Below are positions 7,087 through 13,257 of a stretch of 13,257 nt of DNA, one piece after another (position 1 is the first letter of the stretch; every line of letters begins with the position of its first letter). The stretch lies in NCBI GenBank assembly GCA_031290475.1, contig JAITNM010000033.1:1-13257 (forward strand), given 5' to 3'. Made by a program: the position numbers and the translations under genes. The stretch comes from Treponema sp. Its GTDB lineage: Bacteria > Spirochaetota > Spirochaetia > Treponematales > Breznakiellaceae. The notes below the pieces were generated by a model. That model made no database searches. It was not told where the DNA came from and worked only from the letters and a program-made list of their open reading frames with translations.

Positions 7087-7173
7087 AGTAAGATGAGCTT
7101 GTTCCAGAATCTGACATTTTGGAACTGCCTTAGATATTAGCATAATATCCTGCTGCCTGTAAGGAGGCCTCTT

Positions 7174-7563
7174 ATGAAGCAATGGCTGTTTTTTCTGGTT
7201 GTTCCGGTCCTTTTTGCAAGCTGCGGCGGTGATAGCTGGAATGATTCTTCTTACTTTAGTTATGACCTTGTGGGAAAATGGGAATCCGCGCCTATCGGCT
7301 ATTTCGATTACTGGGGCGTTCTGGAGATAGACTATAACAAAATTACGATAACCGGGTACAGCGGTTACGGCCCATCAACTCCTTTTGCGGAATTTACCAG
7401 AAATGTGCCCCTTGAAGGTTACTCCGAAGAGGGGAAGATATTTATTAAGGACCGGGGTTCCTGGCAGGCAGGACTGCCCTATGCGTACTGGAAGGACGCT
7501 GTGGGAGGAGGACACCTAACCTTCACTTTTGGCGGCAGAGAAGAAACCCTGCATAAAGAATGA
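7174..7563 (+). CDS. Small lipoprotein of unknown function
   Basis: Signal peptide MKQWLFFLVVPVLFASC with an LFASC lipobox; AAGGAGG RBS 6 nt upstream. Confidence 0.7.
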   Translation: MKQWLFFLVVPVLFASCGGDSWNDSSYFSYDLVGKWESAPIGYFDYWGVLEIDYNKITITGYSGYGPSTPFAEFTRNVPLEGYSEEGKIFIKDRGSWQAGLPYAYWKDAVGGGHLTFTFGGREETLHKE

Positions 7564-7746
7564 AGAAGGTATCTGCGCCGGAAAGTCTGGTACCCTGTAA
7601 ATACTAAATGGCAAGGTAGAACAAAAAAAATTTACCACTGACCTCGCAGACACCACAGACTTGTTGTCCGAAATCTTTGTCCGCGTGGTCTGTGGTTAAT
7701 CCGAACTTGGAATTAAAAAAATTCTCCATCTTTTTCAAAATTCCAC

Positions 7747-7797
7747 TTGACATATTGTACTAGTTCATTTACGATTGTACTAGATGAATAGTACAAT
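7747..7797 (+). promoter_or_regulatory. Promoter (TTGACA-17-TACGAT) plus candidate GntR operator: ATTGTACTAG x2 direct (7754, 7774) and an inverted partner TAGTACAAT (7789)
   Basis: -35 at 7747-7752 and -10 at about 7770-7775. The inverted repeat ATTGTACTA-N6-TAGTACAAT spans the ATG at 7784, and a third copy sits 20 bp upstream. The GTAC core fits the GntR-family operator pattern. Confidence 0.5.
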
Positions 7798-8194
7798 TCT
7801 TGAACCGGGGATAAGCTTCTCTTTGGACCAGGAAAACGGGGTGCCGATTTACCGTCAGGTGATTCAGCAGATCGAGTACGCCATCCTTTCGGGGCGGATG
7901 AGCTGCGGGGACAAGCTCCCCACCATCCGGTCTTTGGCGGTGGAACTCAGGATCAACCCCAACACCATCGCCAAGGCCTACAACGAGCTTGAAATTCGGG
8001 GCATTGTGAGCACCCAGGTGGGAAGCGGTACCTTCATCTCCGACAAGAAACCGGAAGGGGAAGCGGATGTCCGGAAGACGAAGATCCTGGGGATCTTTCA
8101 CCGGTTCATCCAGGATATGGCGGACCTGGGGGTTGACCGGGCCGATGTTGCCGAAATGTGCCGGTCATTAGAGGCCGGTATAAAGGAGAAATAG
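7784..8194 (+). CDS. GntR-family transcriptional regulator, YtrA-like subfamily (short C-terminal domain)
   Basis: N-terminal winged HTH PIYRQVIQQIEYAILSG...KLPTIRSLAVELRINPNTIAKAYNELEIRGIVSTQVGSGTF. The 136-aa length is typical of the YtrA subfamily that controls adjacent ABC transporters. Confidence 0.85.
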   Translation: MNSTILEPGISFSLDQENGVPIYRQVIQQIEYAILSGRMSCGDKLPTIRSLAVELRINPNTIAKAYNELEIRGIVSTQVGSGTFISDKKPEGEADVRKTKILGIFHRFIQDMADLGVDRADVAEMCRSLEAGIKEK

Positions 8195-8196
8195 GG

Positions 8197-9348
8197 ATGT
8201 TTCTTAAAAAACCAAATGAAGGGACGGAAAAGCGCTTGGGGGAGAGGCATATCGAAAAAACGCCCCTCGTAAAGAAACGCGCAAAACGGGAAAAGCGGCG
8301 GGATTTTTCAATTGGCATCGCCGGAATCAGTCTTTTGGTGATTCTCATGCTCTTTGTCATTGCCGTGGGCCTGTACCGGGGCGCCCTGCCTTCCCTGATC
8401 GAAATGGCGGTTTTGGTGTGCGTCCCGGCAGCGGTAATGGTACTCATGATCTTCTGGCCCAGGTGGCCGGGGGGCATTAAGATAGGGGTTTTGGTGATCT
8501 GCGCCGTGGCCGTTTCAGGATACCCCGATTTGGCCCTGGCCGTTATTTTTGCCGCCCTGGCGGTGTTTGTGGCGCCCTCTTTACAGAAGGCCGAGGAATG
8601 GGAACGGGCGATAGTGCTCCGGTTCGGGAAGTTCCACGGGGTGCGGGGGCCGGGGCTCTTCTTCCTTATTCCGCTGGCGGACCGGGTGGCCAGTGTGGTG
8701 GACATCCGCATCAGGGTAACGGATTTTTCCGCCCAGGAAACGTTGACCAGAGATTCCGTGACGGTTACGGTGGACGCCCTCTGTTTCTGGCTGGTCTGGG
8801 ACCCGGAAAAGGCGATCCTGGAAGTTGAGAATTACAACGACGCAGTGGTACTGTCTTCCAAGACGGCGCTCAGAAACGCGGTGAGCAGTAACGATCTTTC
8901 CACGTTCTTGCAGCACGGAGAAATTATCGCGAATCAGATCCAGGAAGAGGTTGACCGGAAAACTACCGAGTGGGGCATCACGGTGCAGCACATCGAGATC
9001 ACCGACATACAGATCCCCGGGGCGTTGCAGGATTCCCTTTCCAGGGTGGCCCAGGCGGAACGGGAAAAGAAGAGCCGGGTGCTCCTGGCCGAGGCGGAGA
9101 TCGAGATTGCGGGGAAACTACAGGAAGCGGTGGAGATCTACGCCAGGAACGAGCCAGCCATGAAGCTCAAGATCCTCTCAATTCTGAACGAGGGGCTCAA
9201 GGCGGGGAACTCCATGATGCTGGTCCCCAGTTCCATGGCCGAGGAGCTTAAAACAAAGGATATTTTCGGGCTTGAAGCATTAACCGAACTGCGGCAGCAC
9301 AAGGCCGATGCCAATAAGACTGATAAAGACAAAGGAGAAATAAAATGA
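8197..9348 (+). CDS. SPFH/band-7 (stomatin/HflKC-like) membrane protein with an N-terminal basic segment and about 3-4 TM helices
   Basis: SPFH core EWERAIVLRFGKFHGVRGPGLFFLIPLADRV...VDIRIRV...TRDSVTVTVDA, then a coiled-coil-like EAEIEIAGKLQEA. ATG at 8197 has an AAGGAG RBS, so it is preferred over the tracked GTG at 8158. The stop overlaps the next start (ATGA). Confidence 0.8.
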   Translation: MFLKKPNEGTEKRLGERHIEKTPLVKKRAKREKRRDFSIGIAGISLLVILMLFVIAVGLYRGALPSLIEMAVLVCVPAAVMVLMIFWPRWPGGIKIGVLVICAVAVSGYPDLALAVIFAALAVFVAPSLQKAEEWERAIVLRFGKFHGVRGPGLFFLIPLADRVASVVDIRIRVTDFSAQETLTRDSVTVTVDALCFWLVWDPEKAILEVENYNDAVVLSSKTALRNAVSSNDLSTFLQHGEIIANQIQEEVDRKTTEWGITVQHIEITDIQIPGALQDSLSRVAQAEREKKSRVLLAEAEIEIAGKLQEAVEIYARNEPAMKLKILSILNEGLKAGNSMMLVPSSMAEELKTKDIFGLEALTELRQHKADANKTDKDKGEIK

Positions 9349-10031
9349 CCGTAGTAAAAGCGGTAAACGTGGTTAAAGATTATTCTCTAAACGGGATTGA
9401 AATTCATGCGCTGCGGGGGGTAAACCTGGAATTTCAGAAAGGTGAATTCGCCGCCATTGCGGGTCCTTCGGGGAGCGGGAAGTCCACCTTTTTGCATCTG
9501 GCAGGATGTCTGGACACTATCACTTCCGGCAATATCAAAGTAAGAAACGAGGATGTGGAGAAACTTTCCAAAAAACAGCTTGCCCTGCTCAGACGGCACA
9601 GCATCGGTTTTATCTTCCAGGCCTATAATCTTATTCCGGTGCTTTCGGTGGAAGAAAACATCGGCTTCCCCCTGACGCTCCTGGGGGTGGATAAAAAGGA
9701 AATTCAGGAACGGGTAGAAAAGGTGCTGATCCAGGTCGGCCTGGGCGGCATGGAAAAACGGCGGCCCAAGGAAATGTCCGGCGGCCAGCAGCAGCGGGTG
9801 GCCATTGCCCGGGCCCTGGTGAAACGGCCCGCACTAATCCTGGCGGACGAGCCCACGGCAAACCTGGACTCCAAAACCGGCCGGGAAATTCTGGAAATCA
9901 TGGTGAGACTCAATCAGGATGAAGGAACCACCTTTATCTTCTCCACCCATGACAGCATGGTCATGGAATTTGCCCGCCGGGTTGTGTTTATCCGGGATGG
10001 GCAAATTGAAAAAGAGGAACGGAAATCCTGA
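9345..10031 (+). CDS. ABC transporter ATP-binding protein, MacB/LolD family
   Basis: Walker [10 protein letters not shown], signature [14 protein letters not shown], Walker [13 protein letters not shown]-loop STHD; 228 aa. Confidence 0.9.
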   Translation: MTVVKAVNVVKDYSLNGIEIHALRGVNLEFQKGEFAAIAGPSGSGKSTFLHLAGCLDTITSGNIKVRNEDVEKLSKKQLALLRRHSIGFIFQAYNLIPVLSVEENIGFPLTLLGVDKKEIQERVEKVLIQVGLGGMEKRRPKEMSGGQQQRVAIARALVKRPALILADEPTANLDSKTGREILEIMVRLNQDEGTTFIFSTHDSMVMEFARRVVFIRDGQIEKEERKS

Positions 10032-10052
10032 CGGATTTCTCAGGAGAAAGCA

Positions 10053-11795
10053 ATGAAGTTACAGGCAATATGGGAATTAAAGCGTATGGCGTTCAGAAAT
10101 CTGGCCCGGCACAAGGTAAAGACCACCCTGTCCATTTTGGCGATAGCGGTGAGCGTGGCGGTTTATATTTTCATGGATAGCTGGATGGTGGGCATGATTG
10201 TGGATTCCGAGCGGAATATCGTAAGCTACGAAACCGGAGCGGCAAAGCTCCAGACCAAAATGTACTTTGAAAAACTCGACGACAGGCCCATGTACGAGAA
10301 TTTTGATAACTGGGAACAATACGCCGAGGCTCTGGACAGGGCGGGTTTTGACGCCGCCCCCCATTTCGTTTTTACGGGGACCCTCTATTCGGAAACAGGC
10401 GCCGCCCCGGTTGTCTTTAACGCCGTTGACCCGGTCCTGGATCCTAAGGTCCTGCGGGTGTCCGAGGCTCTTGACGCGGGCCGTTACCTTAAAAGCGGCG
10501 CCTTTGAAATCATCCTGGGAAACATGACCGCTGATAAACTTAAGGTAGGGCTTCCCATGCGGCCCACCAGAGGGGAACTGGAAGGGGAAATTCTCCCCCA
10601 GCTTCCCCCTTCGGAGCATGATTTTGTCCGGGGGCTTTATCAGCCTGTAGGGAAAAAATCAGGCAGCATCTACGCTTCCAAAAAGACGGCGCTTCCCCAG
10701 GGGGAAGAACTCTCCCCTGAGAGAGTACGGCTCCTCATCAAACGGGACCTCTCCCAGGCCGACAAGGACCGCTATTGGGCGCTGCTGGCGGAAACCGGCC
10801 GCATGAATGTGCGGATCTCCACGGTTATCGACATAAAGGCCCCACCCGATTCAATACGTCAGGACAAGTTTGAAGCGGATCTGGCGCCGGCCTTGAGCGC
10901 CGAAGAAATGGGATTTTTCAAAAGGGTCTATGAATATGATGAGCTTACCGGCGCCTGGCATTTAATTGACGATGATCCTGTGGTCTTGGGGGAACTATTA
11001 CAGGCCATGGTGCGGATCGATTATTCCGGGGCCATACGCCATGTGAACCAGCTTATTTCAGCGGTGGTCGTGGGAACCATTAATGCCCCCAACCCCCAGC
11101 TCAACAACAACATGGCCTTCATTCCCCTGGACGCGCTTCAGGACGACGCGGGGCTTATGCTGGATGGACATGTGACGGAACTAATTGTCCGGCAAAAGAA
11201 GGCCGATGATTCCCGGATTCCCGGCCTTGCCGAATCCGCGCCGGTAATAAAAACGGCCCTGGAAAAAGAGCTCGGCGCTCCCCTGCCTTCCAGCCTGGAT
11301 GTCTTCGGCTGGGAAGGATACGCCAGGGATTTTATCGCCGCTTCCGCCGGGGATAACTGGACCACCCGGATCATAGCAGTGATACTTTTTATCCTCTCAT
11401 TCCTGGGGATTGCCAATACCATGCTCCTGGCCATTCTGGAGCGGACCAAGGAAATCGGCATGATGCGGGCCCAGGGCATGACCGACGGCCAGCTTGTCTT
11501 CACCCTGATGATCGAAGCGGGCATGGTGGGGATTATTGGTTCAGCCATCGGCATACTCGCGGGCTGTCTTGTCAATATACCCATGGTTGAATACGGCATA
11601 GACTTTTCCGCCATGACCGAGACCATGGGGGGCAATATCGGTTACCGAGTGAACGGGGTGTTCCGCTCGGCCTGGAATGTCCCGGTGATCATCGCCACAG
11701 GCATTGTGGCCACGATCCTTTCAGCGGTCATGGCCTTTTTCCCCACCCGGCGCGCCCTCAAGATGCCGGTCACCGAAAGTTTACGGTTTGAATAA
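10053..11795 (+). CDS. ABC transporter permease, FtsX/MacB/LolCE family, with a large periplasmic domain of roughly 370 aa
   Basis: TM1 LSILAIAVSVAVYIF, a long hydrophilic domain, then a C-terminal FtsX module (LAILERTKEIGMMRAQGMT plus 3 TM helices). GGAGAAAG RBS. Confidence 0.85.
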   Translation: MKLQAIWELKRMAFRNLARHKVKTTLSILAIAVSVAVYIFMDSWMVGMIVDSERNIVSYETGAAKLQTKMYFEKLDDRPMYENFDNWEQYAEALDRAGFDAAPHFVFTGTLYSETGAAPVVFNAVDPVLDPKVLRVSEALDAGRYLKSGAFEIILGNMTADKLKVGLPMRPTRGELEGEILPQLPPSEHDFVRGLYQPVGKKSGSIYASKKTALPQGEELSPERVRLLIKRDLSQADKDRYWALLAETGRMNVRISTVIDIKAPPDSIRQDKFEADLAPALSAEEMGFFKRVYEYDELTGAWHLIDDDPVVLGELLQAMVRIDYSGAIRHVNQLISAVVVGTINAPNPQLNNNMAFIPLDALQDDAGLMLDGHVTELIVRQKKADDSRIPGLAESAPVIKTALEKELGAPLPSSLDVFGWEGYARDFIAASAGDNWTTRIIAVILFILSFLGIANTMLLAILERTKEIGMMRAQGMTDGQLVFTLMIEAGMVGIIGSAIGILAGCLVNIPMVEYGIDFSAMTETMGGNIGYRVNGVFRSAWNVPVIIATGIVATILSAVMAFFPTRRALKMPVTESLRFE

Positions 11796-11804
11796 GGATG
11801 AAGA

Positions 11805-13097
11805 ATGAGTATGAGTAATACTTACAAACAGGGCGGCGCGGGTTCTTTTGGAACCTTGGTAAAGATCGCCTACCGGAATATATGGCGGAATATGCGGCGG
11901 ACGATCCTCTGCATTACCGCAGTGGGCATAGCGGTGTTTTTCATCATTGTTATGCAGTCGATGATGGGCGGGATGAACAGCGGCATCGAAAAAGTGGTGA
12001 GGGTTTTTGATACCGGACACGTCAGCGCCGCCTCCACAGACTACGAGGCGGAAAAGGAATATATGCCCGTTCAATATCCTGTGGGGAACGGCGGACCTTT
12101 CAGTGAACTGGAGGCGGAGATTAAGGCCATCCCCGGAGTCAGGGCGGTTTTCCCCCGGATCAACGCGTACGCCACCCTACAGGACAGTACGAAAAAACAC
12201 GCCCTCCTGTGGGGGCTTGATGTGGAAGCGGAAACCGCCCTGAACGCCTTTAACCTTACTACCCAGGGCAATGGCCTCTTGGAAGGCAGGTACCCCGCCG
12301 CAAACGCCAACGAATGCGCCATAGGGATCGGTATGGCGGAGAAGGCGGGCTTCAAAATCGGGGATCGTATTCCCCTGAAAACCGTTTCCGCCCAGTTCTC
12401 CGACAAAATGTGGAGTCCCGAAATAACCGGCATCTTTAAATTCGATTATCTCAAATACGATGAAGACGCGATTCTGGTGGACTTCCGCAGGCTTCAGCGG
12501 CTCCTCGTTCTGGGGGACGCAACCCAGCAGATTTTTGTCTATGCCGAAAAGGAAACCCAGAGCAAGGCCATCGCGGCCCAGGTGCAAAAAATTCTGAACG
12601 GACACGAAGGGTCCGATGTGGTCCGGGACTGGCGGGACAATTACTTTGTTGTCATGATGCAGCAGAGTATGGCTATTTTCATTGTGATTGAACTCATCTT
12701 TCTTATCGTGGCCAGCTTCCTCATCATCAATACTGTGGTAATGATCATCCACGAGCGGATCAAGGAAATCGGCATGATGGGAAGCCTGGGCATGACCAGG
12801 GGGGAAATCGTGAAGGTCTTTTTCTTTGAATCGGTTTTTTTGAGTATCTTCGGTTCTCTCGCGGGGGTTCTGCTTGGGGGCATCGTCACCGGCGTCGGCT
12901 CCCTCTTTCCATTGGACTTCAGCGCCATGAGCGGGGGGTTCAAGGAATATCCCATATCGGCAACCCTGTTCCTGGAATTTGGTCCGGGCATACTCGCCAT
13001 GGGTTTTTTCTTCGGCGTAATAATTGCGTCGGTATGCACCCTGTTCCCTTCGCTCAAAAGCGCGTTCGTAGAGCCTGTCGAGGCTTTGCGGAGATAG
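11805..13097 (+). CDS. ABC transporter permease, FtsX/MacB/LolCE family (second, shorter paralogue)
   Basis: TM1 ILCITAVGIAVFFIIV, a periplasmic domain of roughly 230 aa, and a C-terminal FtsX module (IHERIKEIGMMGSLGMT plus 3 TM helices). AAGGA RBS 7 nt upstream. Confidence 0.85.
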   Translation: MSMSNTYKQGGAGSFGTLVKIAYRNIWRNMRRTILCITAVGIAVFFIIVMQSMMGGMNSGIEKVVRVFDTGHVSAASTDYEAEKEYMPVQYPVGNGGPFSELEAEIKAIPGVRAVFPRINAYATLQDSTKKHALLWGLDVEAETALNAFNLTTQGNGLLEGRYPAANANECAIGIGMAEKAGFKIGDRIPLKTVSAQFSDKMWSPEITGIFKFDYLKYDEDAILVDFRRLQRLLVLGDATQQIFVYAEKETQSKAIAAQVQKILNGHEGSDVVRDWRDNYFVVMMQQSMAIFIVIELIFLIVASFLIINTVVMIIHERIKEIGMMGSLGMTRGEIVKVFFFESVFLSIFGSLAGVLLGGIVTGVGSLFPLDFSAMSGGFKEYPISATLFLEFGPGILAMGFFFGVIIASVCTLFPSLKSAFVEPVEALRR

Positions 13098-13115
13098 GAA
13101 GAAGATAAATGGGGT

Positions 13116-13183
13116 CCGCGAATTACGCGAATTGATGTGAATTAAGATAGTGAATAATTCGCGTTCATTTGCGTAATTCGCGG
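13116..13183. repeat. Nested inverted repeat: [CGCGAATT]x2 ... [AATTCGCG]x2; outer arms CCGCGAATTACGC / GCGTAATTCGCGG
   Basis: 13-bp perfect outer arms (13116-13128 and 13171-13183); inner arms ACGCGAATT / AATTCGCGT (13125-13133 and 13157-13165); followed by an AT-rich stretch. Candidate terminator for the ABC operon and/or operator for the downstream gene. Confidence 0.5.
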
Positions 13184-13216
13184 ATAAAATTTTGATATTC
13201 ATTTTGGAGGTTTATG

Positions 13217-13257
13217 ATGAAAAAAACAGTATTTCTATCGGTCTTAATGGCAGTATC
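13217..13257 (+). CDS. 5' end of a signal-peptide protein, truncated by the window edge
   Basis: GGAGG RBS 6 nt before ATG at 13217; MKKTVFLSVLMAV looks like a signal peptide; only 13 codons are visible. Confidence 0.35.
   Translation, partial: MKKTVFLSVLMAV

Noticed and set aside
8158-8196. GTG at 8158 as the SPFH start (13 extra residues)
   Set aside because: The ATG at 8197 has a well-spaced AAGGAG RBS. The GTG would sit inside the GntR coding region without an SD.
8106-8991. 201-aa and 136-aa minus-strand ORFs overlapping the GntR and SPFH genes
   Set aside because: Antisense to two motif-supported genes in a tightly coupled operon; no RBS.
1-13257. CRISPR array, tRNA/rRNA genes, toxin-antitoxin or defence-island genes
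   Set aside because: No regularly spaced direct repeats, no cloverleaf-compatible segments and no recognisable defence-related protein motifs were found. The content is housekeeping and envelope genes.

Overview
The window is chromosomal-looking bacterial DNA at roughly 50-55% GC, with housekeeping and envelope genes. A spirochaete, Treponema-like origin is possible from the gene content and overall feel, but I cannot verify that without a search.

Gene order:
- 5'-truncated phosphoribosyltransferase (+), then RNase HII (+), which overlaps it by GTGA.
- Rubrerythrin (-).
- A minus-strand block: ribosomal protein S21 (rpsU), a secreted or lipoprotein M23 metallopeptidase, and RecJ.
- A flavodoxin-like, cysteine-cluster flavoprotein (-).
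- A small lipoprotein (+).
- A tightly packed + strand operon: YtrA-type GntR regulator, then a multi-TM SPFH/band-7 protein, then a MacB/LolD-type ABC ATPase, then two FtsX-family permeases.
- The first codons of a signal-peptide protein at the 3' edge.

Non-coding structure that the genes do not explain:
1. Two copies of a ~135 bp element at 2093-2226 and 6158-6307, about 98% identical, with ~70% similarity continuing for ~120 bp further on the outer side of each copy (out to about 1972 and about 6420). They lie in inverted orientation and bracket the whole rpsU-M23-recJ segment. Each carries an A7-GC hairpin-T7 bidirectional terminator. Copy B has a 16-nt perfect mini-hairpin inserted.
2. 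Two perfect 12- and 13-bp-arm palindromes with a shared half-site, GAATTTT(T)GC, in the short gap between recJ and the M23 gene. There is also a perfect AT-rich palindrome upstream of rpsU.
3. A three-half-site ATTGTACTAG operator covering the promoter and start codon of the GntR gene, which suggests autoregulation.
4. Tandem CGCGAATT / AATTCGCG nested inverted repeats downstream of the ABC operon.

I saw no CRISPR array, tRNA, rRNA, transposase or obvious defence genes. The most unusual things are the SPFH-ABC (two FtsX permeases) module under a YtrA-like regulator, and the large inverted-repeat pair around rpsU-M23-recJ.
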